Source: Candidatus Saccharibacteria bacterium UBA6209 (GTDB taxonomy: Bacteria > Patescibacteriota > Saccharimonadia > Saccharimonadales > Saccharimonadaceae). Taken from it: 64,000 bases of DNA. Numbering within the stretch: position 1 is the stretch's first letter; every line of letters begins with the position of its first letter. The notes below the pieces were generated by a model that saw only the letters and a program-made list of their open reading frames with translations, did no database searches and had not been told where the DNA came from. The DNA lies in contig DISN01000005.1 in assembly GCA_002421965.1 (NCBI GenBank), forward strand, positions 324 through 64,323, in the 5' to 3' direction. The position numbers and the translations under genes are program-made. Of the stretch, positions 30,401 to 39,415 are shown piece after piece.

Positions 30401-31774
30401 TTATAGAAGCTTGCCGGCGGCAATTCTAATAGTTTCTGACCAAGATGTGAATTCGTGTGGGGTCGAGAATAAATCTTCGGCGCTTAGTCCATGGCGGATG
30501 GCGATAGCAAGTTCGTGGATCATCTCGCTAGCATTTGGTGCGACAATCGCCGCTCCGAGTAGAGTTCCTTTTTTGTCGGATATCAATTTGACCATGCCAA
30601 TCCTGTCGTCGGTTATGTTGCTGCGAGGGGCGATGGTTATGGGCACGACTGCTCGATTTATCTTGAGGTCTCGGCGTATGCAGTCGTCCTCGGATAGGCC
30701 AACACGGGCAATTTCCGGCACCGATCGGATAACTTGCAGTGGCATATGCTTGTCAATCACTGAAAACTTAGTGTGCAATAGGTTGTGCGCCGCTACTCGG
30801 CTGTGCATTAGAATCTCATGAGTCGCAGCCCCTGGGTGTACGCAAGATCCTGCCGCAAAGATGTGCTTAGAAGAAGTCTGAAGGCTGGCGTTTACCTTGA
30901 TACCCTGGGAGTTGTAGGCGACCCCGGCGTTTTCAAGGCCGATATCGGTGGCTGGTGCTCGGCGGTCGGCGATCATTAGCGCGTCAACCTTGATAGTACG
31001 CTCAACTCCAGCTCGAACAAAGGTAATTCGTCGGTAGATACCTTCTTTTTGGACGGCTACAATTTTAGTGTTTGGCATGATAGTCATACCGCGTTGCTTG
31101 GTGAGCTGGCTGCCGATCATCTCGGATACGTCTTCGTCTTGATCTGGCATAATACGAGTTGCTGAATCAGCCAAGTAGACTTTTGTCCCAAAAATCGACA
31201 TCAGGTTAGCAACTTCAATAGCCTCCGGAGTGGAGCCGATAATAAATAGCGTCTTGGGTGGGCGAGTGAGGGTTAATGTATCTTTAGGCGTAAAGTATGG
31301 AGTTTCGGCAATTCCTGGAATGTCTGGAATCTCCCATGTTGTGCCAGTTGCAATTAAGAATTTGCGTGCAGATAGGTGGCGTCGATTGATGCTAATTTCG
31401 TTAGGGCTTAAGAAATGAGCAGTACCGTTAAAAGTGCTAATTGACTGCTTCTCGTAGTAACGGCGATTGCCGGCGGCACCGGTGCGTTTTACGACGGTGT
31501 CGCGCCAGAGAAGAATTGATGGGTAATTATAGCCAATTGCTGCAGTGCGCAATCCAAAGTTGGCGGCTTTTTTGGCGTTGTCATAGGTATTGGCGACATT
31601 TATCATTGCGCCGAGTGGGACTTCGCCCCAGTTTGGAGATTCGCCGCCAAATTCATCTTGTTCGATGATGGCGACTTTTTTGCCGGCCCGTGCGGCCATG
31701 GACGCAGCTGGACTACCGCCAGCCCCGCTACCGATGATGATTATGTCATAGTCAAATGTTGGTTTTTGTGCCAT
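30401..31774 (-). CDS. Class I pyridine nucleotide-disulfide oxidoreductase homologue, degenerate
   Basis: GSGAGG FAD motif, LIATG, interface domain; redox CxxxxC replaced by SPNWGE. Confidence 0.85.
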   Translation of the reverse strand: MAQKPTFDYDIIIIGSGAGGSPAASMAARAGKKVAIIEQDEFGGESPNWGEVPLGAMINVANTYDNAKKAANFGLRTAAIGYNYPSILLWRDTVVKRTGAAGNRRYYEKQSISTFNGTAHFLSPNEISINRRHLSARKFLIATGTTWEIPDIPGIAETPYFTPKDTLTLTRPPKTLFIIGSTPEAIEVANLMSIFGTKVYLADSATRIMPDQDEDVSEMIGSQLTKQRGMTIMPNTKIVAVQKEGIYRRITFVRAGVERTIKVDALMIADRRAPATDIGLENAGVAYNSQGIKVNASLQTSSKHIFAAGSCVHPGAATHEILMHSRVAAHNLLHTKFSVIDKHMPLQVIRSVPEIARVGLSEDDCIRRDLKINRAVVPITIAPRSNITDDRIGMVKLISDKKGTLLGAAIVAPNASEMIHELAIAIRHGLSAEDLFSTPHEFTSWSETIRIAAGKLL

Positions 31775-31783
31775 GTCTGCCCC

Positions 31784-32068
31784 CTATATTACCGTTAACT
31801 GTTGTTTGTATAGATATGCCGCCTCTGGATGGTATTTTGTCAGCAGTTTGGCGCCAACTCGTCGGATATCGTCGGTGGTTATTTCTTGTTTGCTCTCGGC
31901 CCATTTGGCTACACCTGCGGCGACACTTTTGGCGATATCTTCGGCTTGGCCATCGGGTGTCTTGAGGCTGCGACAGGTGGCAATCAGACTCTTCTGTAGT
32001 TTGTCGATATCGAAATACTCAGTCTTTTTGGTGTTGTGTGACTTAATAACAATTACTGGCTCGCTCAT
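31784..32068 (-). CDS. Stand-alone ATP-cone domain protein
   Basis: VIKSHNTKKTEYFDIDKLQKSL and ITTDDIRRVG match the ATP-cone pattern. Confidence 0.8.
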   Translation of the reverse strand: MSEPVIVIKSHNTKKTEYFDIDKLQKSLIATCRSLKTPDGQAEDIAKSVAAGVAKWAESKQEITTDDIRRVGAKLLTKYHPEAAYLYKQQLTVI

Positions 32069-32799
32069 TAGAACACCCCGTACACGCTAATACCAAGCAG
32101 ACGATCGACGAACAGATATGCTGCTAGAATAATTAGGCTGCCGCCAGCAATGAACTGGATAAACCGCTTGTGCTTCTCACGCCATTTTTGAATTTTTGCT
32201 ACACTATGGCCGCCACCAACAAGGGTAAATACTACCAATAGCGGCAGGGCAGATACGATGATATAGATGATTAGCCCAGAGAGCTGCCACCAGACGGTCG
32301 GCAGGGTGACAATTGCGAGAGCTGCGGCGATCATTGGACCGATAATAAATAGCAGTTCGGCAAAAACACCAGTAAGTCCCAGTCCAAAGGCTTCGGCTGA
32401 GTTTTTGGTTTGCTTGGTACGAGTATTTAGATATCTGGCAAAGTTTCGTGGTAGCCATAGCGAGGTGCCGCCACCTCGTCGGTAGTAAAATGCCCAAGTG
32501 GCTATTCCGAGACCGATCATTAATCCACTGGCAATTGCCGCAACAAGTTGCTCGGAGCTTGTCGAGAAATTGATTTTGAGTATCAAGAGGTAAGATAGGG
32601 AGGCAAGCAACAATGCGGTTGCAACGATAGACCCGTTGATAAAGCTTCCCATGAGCCGGAGGACTTTTCTGTGTGCGGTTTTGCGGCCAAGCGAATGTCC
32701 GCTAAGCATAGTCAGTACACTTACGCTAAGCTGAAAACTTGCATGGATAATTGCTGCAAATGTGATAATGGCGAAAGATGAGACAATAACAGGGGTCAT
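32068..32799 (-). CDS. Polytopic membrane hypothetical protein
   Basis: About six TM segments; translationally coupled to the ATP-cone gene. Confidence 0.75.
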   Translation of the reverse strand: MTPVIVSSFAIITFAAIIHASFQLSVSVLTMLSGHSLGRKTAHRKVLRLMGSFINGSIVATALLLASLSYLLILKINFSTSSEQLVAAIASGLMIGLGIATWAFYYRRGGGTSLWLPRNFARYLNTRTKQTKNSAEAFGLGLTGVFAELLFIIGPMIAAALAIVTLPTVWWQLSGLIIYIIVSALPLLVVFTLVGGGHSVAKIQKWREKHKRFIQFIAGGSLIILAAYLFVDRLLGISVYGVF

Positions 32800-32892
32800 G
32801 TTTATTTATAATTTCCTGTCTATAGTGTACCATAAGCAGGATAATTGAGCAAAAATAAACCATCTATTTTTGGGCTCTGCTCAGGGTGTTTT

Positions 32893-33441
32893 TTAGCGAT
32901 TTATTTCCCATAGCTCATCAATCCAGCGATAGCCCTCGTGGGTAAGTCCGGCGTCGTCTAGACCAAAGCCCACTAGCCAGCTATCGCCGGCGTCAAAGCA
33001 GTAGTAGTCTGCCTCGGATTGGCGTTCGGGGACTGTTTTGGTGGCAAAAACTGCTAACTTGACGTCGGCAGCACCACGATCCTCGATGACTTTTTTGATG
33101 AAGTCTGAAGTGATGCCTTGGTCAATGAAGTCATCTAGGATAATGACCTGGCGACCCTCAATTTTGGTGTTTGGTGCAACATCGGTCACAATGACAGGCT
33201 GTTTGGCAGTGTGATCCTCGCCATAGGTGCTGACAATCATGTATTCGAGCTCTGGGTGGTAGTCTTGTTTGACCTTAGTCAGGGCAAACATTAGGCGGCT
33301 AGCAAAAGGTCCAGCACCGCGGAGTAGAGCGATAAATAGCGGTGGCTTATCTGGGTAATCACGAATAATCTCTTGGGCTAGCTGGTCGACCAGCTGATTT
33401 ATTTGTTCACTTGAGGCTAATTTTGTGTATCGTTCTAACAT
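32893..33441 (-). CDS. hpt: Hypoxanthine/purine phosphoribosyltransferase
   Basis: LLRGA, IILDDFIDQGIT PRPP loop, VGFGLD motifs. Confidence 0.85.
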   Translation of the reverse strand: MLERYTKLASSEQINQLVDQLAQEIIRDYPDKPPLFIALLRGAGPFASRLMFALTKVKQDYHPELEYMIVSTYGEDHTAKQPVIVTDVAPNTKIEGRQVIILDDFIDQGITSDFIKKVIEDRGAADVKLAVFATKTVPERQSEADYYCFDAGDSWLVGFGLDDAGLTHEGYRWIDELWEINR

Positions 33442-33508
33442 TTAGCTAGTATAGCGAATGACTGGGTGCTGGCAAAGTGCGGGCTATATGACTGGTCATC
33501 TTGTGCTT

Positions 33509-33624
33509 GTAGCACCGAAAAGGATTGGCGTAGTGCCGCGCAGAAAAGAAAGCACCCTTTGGGGTATTTTTTTAAGCAAACGGAGGAGCGAAGCGATACT
33601 CGGGACCTCAAGGCTCACAAGTTC
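33509..33624 (-). repeat. 3' shadow copy of tRNA-Met with T-loop insert
   Basis: 18/19 match to the tRNA 3' end (33509-33527), 71-nt insert, GACCTCA direct fragment, inverted T-arm TCACAAGTTC (33615-33624). Confidence 0.85.
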
Positions 33625-33675
33625 TAAATATATTATCAAAAGAAAAACAGCCACCAATAAGTGACTGTCTTTCTT

Positions 33676-33752
33676 TGGTAGCACCGACAAGGATTGAACT
33701 TGTGACCTCAGGCTTATGAGTCCTGCGCTCTAACCAGCTGAGCTACGGTGCC
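33676..33752 (-). tRNA. tRNA-Met (CAT), most likely elongator
   Basis: 77-nt cloverleaf with CCA; G1:U72 pair; CTCATAA loop. Confidence 0.88.
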
Positions 33753-33796
33753 ATATATAGTGTTTTGTGAAAGGTGCCTGGCTATCGCTTTGATGA

Positions 33797-33872
33797 CAGC
33801 TGGTTGGAGCTTCTGCGCTATTATCTCGCTCAGGGCTGTCCAGCTAATCTACGGTGCCATATATAGTGTTTT
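33797..33872 (-). repeat. 5' shadow copy of tRNA-Met
   Basis: 33849-33872 is identical to 33743-33766 (24 bp); inverted D-arm CAGCTGGTTGGAGC at 33797-33810. Confidence 0.82.
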
Positions 33873-33934
33873 ATGAAAAGTACACATGTATCATGCATAC
33901 CGAGAAGCATTGTAGCAGATTTTTATAAGCTTTT

Positions 33935-34513
33935 CTAGAGGCGACTCTTGCTATGCTCCATACAATAGCGTAGCACTGCTGGTAGGTCCGGATCGTACCA
34001 TCCATTGAGCCTTATGGTGGACGTGGAATCTTTGTTGTGGGGTGCGTCAAAGACTACATGCCGCCAAGTCGTTTCTCCTGAGGTCTTGACCTCCGGTCTG
34101 TCATCAATCAGGGCGATCCCGTCGTATAGTTCTTTTTTGCTGTCAATAACGGCGCTTTTCATTGCCTCTCGCCCCAGGTGTTCTTCAATCCATTTCAGCT
34201 TTTCCTCTTTGCACCACTCGTTGGTGTGTAGTGGGGAGGAGCAGATTCTGGGCTCGTAGCCCAGGTCTTTAATTTTGTCCCAACCCTCAATAGCGCCATC
34301 AACTGGTGGCAGGTTACGGAAGAAGTTCTGCGATGCATGAAGTTTATTTATGACATCAGTATAGTTGGCCTCTGGGTAATCATCCCGGTAGTAGAAGTTG
34401 TTTCGCTCTCGAATAGGTATCTCTAGAGACTCTAAGTGGGCCTGTGTGGCGCCATCAAAATCAGCCAGCACGCCATCCATATCAACTAGGACAATGGGGT
34501 TTTCTCCGTTCAT
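33935..34513 (-). CDS. 5'(3')-deoxyribonucleotidase (NT5C, HAD family)
   Basis: DMDGVLADF, ICSSP, LIDDRP motifs; start set at ATG 34513 (TATAAT + 6 nt). Confidence 0.88.
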   Translation of the reverse strand: MNGENPIVLVDMDGVLADFDGATQAHLESLEIPIRERNNFYYRDDYPEANYTDVINKLHASQNFFRNLPPVDGAIEGWDKIKDLGYEPRICSSPLHTNEWCKEEKLKWIEEHLGREAMKSAVIDSKKELYDGIALIDDRPEVKTSGETTWRHVVFDAPHNKDSTSTIRLNGWYDPDLPAVLRYCMEHSKSRL

Positions 34514-34571
34514 GGGCGTATTATAGCACCTATCTTGCCTAAGTGTTATAATATATCCACCACACCACACA

Positions 34572-34713
34572 CCCTGACGTGTCTTGAACCGCGTAAAGCG
34601 TCCCTGGTGAATGGTTATTCATATCGTCTTCGGCTGAGCAGGTGAACGAAACGACACTAGCGTCGGACGGGCGAACAATCGACAAATCGTTTCTCTAAAA
34701 TAATTTTTGGAGA
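34572..34713 (+). ncRNA. Candidate structured cis-regulatory leader RNA, no family assigned
   Basis: Nested pairings found by eye, cUUCGg tetraloop, SD-sequestering hairpin; extended -10 TGTTATAAT at 34544-34552. Confidence 0.5.
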
Positions 34714-34989
34714 TTGTTTACTGTGAATAACGACATCTTATTAGACGAAAGAATTGAAGTAATAGCGGTTTTTGGCTCAGGCAATTCGCCCTGTCGACCG
34801 GTTAAATTCCGCCGCAAAAGTGGCAGGGAAGTGGTCATTAGCGAGATTGGCCTGGGGTTCCCGCTACCGCAAGGCTCTAGGATGATTCATGTGTTTGACG
34901 TAACAGACGGGCAGGCGGATTATCGGTTGGAATTTGATGCTACAACACTGACCTGGAAGCTGGTGAGAGAGGCGGATCACAGTGTCTAA
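34714..34989 (+). CDS. Small beta-rich protein coupled to a Y-family polymerase (candidate accessory subunit)
   Basis: Overlaps the polymerase start by 8 nt; GGAGA SD suits the in-frame GTG at 34723. Confidence 0.75.
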   Translation: MFTVNNDILLDERIEVIAVFGSGNSPCRPVKFRRKSGREVVISEIGLGFPLPQGSRMIHVFDVTDGQADYRLEFDATTLTWKLVREADHSV

Positions 34990-36205
34990 TATCAATACCG
35001 CTCGACCGATGATCATGCACATCGACCTCAACAGCTGTTTTGCGACAATTGAGCAGCAATCTCGGCCACTGTTACGTGGTCGGCCGGTGGCGATTGTGAA
35101 TCGTGCGACTGAACACACGGCAATTGTTACGGCCAGTTATGAGGCCAAGCAGCAGGGAATAGGGGTAGGGATGAAGCTGGCGACTGCCCGCCTACTCTGC
35201 CCTGCCCTTGTTGCGCTAGAAAGTGACCCGGTAAAATACCGGTTTGTTTACCGAAAACTTATGGAAATTTTACAGGATTATTCGCCATATGTGCGGATGA
35301 AAAGTATCGATGAAGGTTTGATTGATTTTGCTCAAAGTTCATTAGAAATTCGCCAGAGAGAACTGGCTGACATTGGGCGGGAGATCAAGCAGCGGCTTAG
35401 GGGTGAAATTGGTAATTATATGCGTTGCAACATTGGCATTGGCACTAACCGCTTTTTGGCTAAAACTGCTGCTGGGCTAAACAAGCCAGACGGTTTGACC
35501 GAGATCACGCATAAAAACTTGCGAGAGGTCTATCGTAGGCTTGGGCTTGAGGATTTGACTGGCATCGCCCATGGTTACGGCAAGCGGCTTCGAGAAGTCG
35601 GTATTACTACCCCACTAGAGTTTCTGGATGCAGATGAGCTGACGCTGGAGAAGCAAGTATTTCATGGCAAGCCAGGACGCGACTGGTACCAGCGACTACG
35701 TGGCTGGGAGGTCGACGCGATTGATTCTACTCTGCAAAGCGTTGGTCGGCAGTTTGTGCTCGATGAGCGAAATCTTGGCTATGACGAGGTTCTGCGACGG
35801 TTTCATGGGCTATGCGAGGATGTGGCAGCTAAGCTTCGGCACCAAAGTGTCTGGGCTAGGACGGTTAGGATATACGTTAAGTCCCACGGCAAATACTGGC
35901 AGTCGTTGCACCATGAAGGCCGAGCGTTTCATGATGAGTCGACAATATTTACGGCTGTTGAGAAAATGCTCAGAACTGCCCCGTTGCCAGCAATCGAGAT
36001 TGGCGTAACTTGTACAGACATAGTGTCTGAGCCGGATTCTCAGGCCGAGCTATTTAGTAACGAGGAGTATGTCGAAAATATAACTCAGGCGATTGATAAA
36101 ATAAATTTGTCTTGGGGTGATCATACGGTTCATTCGGCGGATACGTTGGGCCTAGCGAATCGGATGAAGCGCAAGGTACCGTTCGGGAGTACGAGGTATT
36201 TATAA
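34982..36205 (+). CDS. dinB: Y-family DNA polymerase (DinB/UmuC/PolY-like)
   Basis: HIDLNSCFA, SYEAK, SIDEG catalytic motifs; QAELF clamp motif; C-terminal AIDKINLSWG. Confidence 0.92.
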   Translation: MSNINTARPMIMHIDLNSCFATIEQQSRPLLRGRPVAIVNRATEHTAIVTASYEAKQQGIGVGMKLATARLLCPALVALESDPVKYRFVYRKLMEILQDYSPYVRMKSIDEGLIDFAQSSLEIRQRELADIGREIKQRLRGEIGNYMRCNIGIGTNRFLAKTAAGLNKPDGLTEITHKNLREVYRRLGLEDLTGIAHGYGKRLREVGITTPLEFLDADELTLEKQVFHGKPGRDWYQRLRGWEVDAIDSTLQSVGRQFVLDERNLGYDEVLRRFHGLCEDVAAKLRHQSVWARTVRIYVKSHGKYWQSLHHEGRAFHDESTIFTAVEKMLRTAPLPAIEIGVTCTDIVSEPDSQAELFSNEEYVENITQAIDKINLSWGDHTVHSADTLGLANRMKRKVPFGSTRYL

Positions 36206-36343
36206 TTATGCCTGGAGAATTGCGTCAATATCAGAGTCCTCGCCGTTGAGCTGAGCAAGTCTTGCCGCTAGCCTTCCAAGATTGAACTGCTCAATACGGG
36301 TGTTTACTTCTGGTGAAGTTGGTAATGTTTCTTGGCTTGTCAT
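36206..36343 (-). CDS. 45-aa small ORF absent from the ORF track
   Basis: MTSQETLPTSPEVNTRIEQFNLGRLAARLAQLNGEDSDIDAILQA; AAGGA SD; TTGCTT-N17-TACAAT promoter. Confidence 0.6.
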   Translation of the reverse strand: MTSQETLPTSPEVNTRIEQFNLGRLAARLAQLNGEDSDIDAILQA

Positions 36344-36635
36344 TTTTTGATCCTTTTTGTTTTTAATTTAACCAATAATTTCATTGTAGCACAAAATTGA
36401 CAAAAAAGCAATACCTTTTGCAAATAAAATAGGTATTTGCGCTATGACGGACAATTCTGTAATTATGGCTAGTGACTTATTGCAGGTTTACAACCTGCCG
36501 TTTATGGCATAGGGATATATTTTCACAACTACTACGGTAGCAAGCTCTACTAAAACAGTTACGAAGGCTCTTTTCCACTACGTCAGGGAATATTTGTGTT
36601 GATTTAGCTGATCATTCGATTGCTATAATGGGACT

Positions 36636-37469
36636 ATGAATATAGTTGTGGCGGTTAGCGGCGGGATTGATAGTGTGGTTTTGCTGGATATGTTATCTCG
36701 GTCTGGTGGGCATAATTTGGTAGTTGCGCACTTTGACCATGGCATGCGAGATGATTCGGCTGCTGACGCCAGGTTTGTTGAGCTTCTGGCGGCTAAGTAT
36801 GGGCTGGAGTTTGTTGGTCGAAGAGAGGAGCTGTCTGGGGCTAGTGAGGCACAGGCGAGAGATCGACGGTATGGATTCTTATTTGGCGAAGCAGATAAGC
36901 GTCAGGCAAAATTAGCTACGGCGCATCACTTGGATGATTTGGTCGAGACAATTGCGCTTAATGTAAATCGGGGCACGCGTTGGAGGGGGTTGGCTAGTAT
37001 GAATGATGATCGGATTTGGCGGCCATTGGTAAATAGAACAAAAAGCGAACTAAAAGATTACGCAGCAGAAAATAGGCTAGAGTGGGTTGAGGATGAAACA
37101 AATTCTACGGACGCATATAGCCGTAATCGAATTCGTCGCAAGGTCGCTCCCCTGCCTGATAGCGCCAAGCTAAGCCTGCATAGTTTGTGGCAAAAACAGG
37201 TGAGTTTGAAGCAGGAAATAGTGGGGGAAATTTGGGGAAGTGACTTCCCTATCCAGTCTCGCTATTTTATGACAATGATCGAGAGAGATGTGGCGATTGA
37301 ACTGCTATATGAGTTCGTGCTTGGCTCAACAGGAGTGTCGCTGCTCACCGACCAGCTAGATCGACTACATTTAGCGATTAAGGTTGGGCGAATTGGTACG
37401 GTTTGGCAGATAGCTGGTGGTGTAGAGGTTAGTCTGAATCGGCAAAATTGGCGTATCAAAGAGAAGTGA
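36636..37469 (+). CDS. tilS: tRNA(Ile)-lysidine synthetase, short form
   Basis: PP-loop AVSGGIDS, HFDHGMR, ARDRRY, TAHHLDD, DETN, RNRIR motifs. Confidence 0.95.
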   Translation: MNIVVAVSGGIDSVVLLDMLSRSGGHNLVVAHFDHGMRDDSAADARFVELLAAKYGLEFVGRREELSGASEAQARDRRYGFLFGEADKRQAKLATAHHLDDLVETIALNVNRGTRWRGLASMNDDRIWRPLVNRTKSELKDYAAENRLEWVEDETNSTDAYSRNRIRRKVAPLPDSAKLSLHSLWQKQVSLKQEIVGEIWGSDFPIQSRYFMTMIERDVAIELLYEFVLGSTGVSLLTDQLDRLHLAIKVGRIGTVWQIAGGVEVSLNRQNWRIKEK

Positions 37470-37530
37470 AAAGTGCTAAAATTATAAGATAGTGTATTAG
37501 TAACAAAGTGAAAGGATAGTGGATTAGTTT

Positions 37531-39405
37531 ATGGCAGTAAATGTGCCGAAGAAGCAGCCAGGCAAAAAAGGCGGACCGAAACAACTAGTCAAGTTGGGTT
37601 TATTTTGGGCGATAATAATATTTTTTGGATTGGCGCTATATGCGATTTTGAACCCAGCCAAGAATTTAGAAGAAGTTAATATCTCTGATGTGATCAATCG
37701 AGCTAACAAGGGCGAAATTGCCCGGCTCGAGATCCAGGGAAATGATATCACTGTTACGCCTAAGGGCAAGGATGCTCCGACTCAGCGAGCAGTCAAAGAG
37801 GCTGGCAGCATTAGAGAGCAGGGCCTAAAGGAGGACGCGCCAGTAGAGGTCAAGGTTGTACCAGTGTCCTCTACCGACGATATGCTGTGGAATTTGGCAA
37901 TTATGATCGTTCCGGTGGTGATTATTGTTGCGTTCTTTATGGTGATGATGCGCCAGGCTCAGGGTCAGAATAATCAAGCGATGGGCTTTGGTAAGAGCAA
38001 GGCTAAGCTGTACGGTTCTGACAAAGAGAAGGTGGTTTTTGATGATATTGCTGGCAATGATAGTGCTAAGCGGGACCTGCAGGAGGTTGTTGATTTCCTA
38101 AAACACCCCAAGAAATACCAAGAGCTTGGGGCGAAGATTCCAAAGGGTGTGCTACTAGTTGGTAGTCCCGGAACCGGTAAGACAATGCTAGCTAGGGCGG
38201 TAGCTGGCGAAGCTGAGGTGCCTTTCTTTTCGATATCTGGTTCGGAATTCGTTGAGATGTTCGTTGGTGTTGGTGCATCGCGTGTGCGCGACTTATTTAC
38301 CAAGGCCAAGAAAAACGCACCTTGTATTATCTTTATTGACGAAATCGATGCGGTTGGTCGTAAGCGTGGCTCTGGTATGGGCGGCGGTCACGATGAGCGT
38401 GAGCAAACGCTAAACCAGATACTGGTTGAGATGGACGGTTTTGACGGCAATGCCAACGTGATTGTTCTAGCAGCAACCAACCGGGCTGACGTGCTTGACC
38501 CTGCCCTGTTGCGTCCTGGTCGTTTTGACCGACGAGTTAATATTATGTTGCCAGAGCGTAGGGATCGTGAAGCAATCCTGAAGGTTCACTTTAAGAATAA
38601 GCCAACTGACGATACGGTTAACATCGATAAGCTAGCGGCTAAAACTGCTGGTTCGTCTGGTGCGGATCTTGCCAATATGGCTAACGAGGCGGCGATTATT
38701 GCTGCGCGAAATGGTCGTAAGAAGATTACTAATGATGATTTGACTGAAGCGTTTGAAAAGGTGGCTATTGGTCCAGAGCGCAAGACCAAGGTTATGAATG
38801 AAAAGGAACGAGAGCTGACGGCTTATCACGAAGCCGGGCATGCAATTGTAGGCCACGTACTTCCCGACTCTGATCCGGTTCATAAGGTGACGATTATCCC
38901 GCGTGGCGGCACCGGGGGCGTAACATGGTTCTTGCCACCAGAAGACAGGAGCTACACAAATGTCTACGAGTTTAAGGATATTTTGGCTAGGGCAATGGGT
39001 GGACGAATCGCCGAGAAGTTAATTTATGGCGATGATGGCATCACTACCGGTGCTGGATCTGACTTAAGAAAGGCAACTGAGATAGCTCGTGATATGGTGA
39101 TTGAACAAGGTATGGGTAATAAGCTTCGAGACCAGGTGTTTCATGAAGATAATGGCGGTTTGATGTTCGACAAAATGACACGTGATCGACCATACTCAGA
39201 TGGCACCGCAGAGCTGATCGATCAAGAAGTTGCCGCGTTTGTAAATGAGGCTAAGGAGCGTGCCGAATTGGTGCTCAAGGCAAACAAGAAATCCCTGGAT
39301 GAGCTCGCCAAGGCGCTACTAGAGCAAGAGACGCTCGAAGAGGCTGAGGTTGATGAGATACTTAAGGACGCAGTTCTGCCAAAGGAAGCAAAGCTGCACC
39401 CGTAG
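37531..39405 (+). CDS. ftsH: ATP-dependent zinc metalloprotease FtsH
   Basis: Two TM segments, [19 protein letters not shown]. Confidence 0.98.
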   Translation: MAVNVPKKQPGKKGGPKQLVKLGLFWAIIIFFGLALYAILNPAKNLEEVNISDVINRANKGEIARLEIQGNDITVTPKGKDAPTQRAVKEAGSIREQGLKEDAPVEVKVVPVSSTDDMLWNLAIMIVPVVIIVAFFMVMMRQAQGQNNQAMGFGKSKAKLYGSDKEKVVFDDIAGNDSAKRDLQEVVDFLKHPKKYQELGAKIPKGVLLVGSPGTGKTMLARAVAGEAEVPFFSISGSEFVEMFVGVGASRVRDLFTKAKKNAPCIIFIDEIDAVGRKRGSGMGGGHDEREQTLNQILVEMDGFDGNANVIVLAATNRADVLDPALLRPGRFDRRVNIMLPERRDREAILKVHFKNKPTDDTVNIDKLAAKTAGSSGADLANMANEAAIIAARNGRKKITNDDLTEAFEKVAIGPERKTKVMNEKERELTAYHEAGHAIVGHVLPDSDPVHKVTIIPRGGTGGVTWFLPPEDRSYTNVYEFKDILARAMGGRIAEKLIYGDDGITTGAGSDLRKATEIARDMVIEQGMGNKLRDQVFHEDNGGLMFDKMTRDRPYSDGTAELIDQEVAAFVNEAKERAELVLKANKKSLDELAKALLEQETLEEAEVDEILKDAVLPKEAKLHP

Positions 39406-39415
39406 GACTTAAAAT

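Noticed and set aside
33615-33624. TCACAAG in the shadows read as a Thr(TGT) anticodon loop of a second tRNA
   Set aside because: At 33615 it is explained as the inverted T-arm of tRNA-Met, and no complete cloverleaf forms; the similar 7-mer near 29210 is probably chance
29070-33690. Short ORFs over the tRNA shadow regions (29070, 29111, 33458, 33496)
   Set aside because: They overlap tRNA-derived repeats and hairpins and have no protein-like features
29036-33872. CRISPR array interpretation of the tRNA-linked repeats
   Set aside because: No run of three or more identical repeats with regular spacers, and no cas genes
34572-34671. Assignment of the leader RNA to hammerhead, THF riboswitch or 6S families
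   Set aside because: Only short partial resemblances (CTGA...GAAAC, GCGTAAAG...ACGAAA, CTTGAACC); core consensus not met, so a covariance-model search is needed
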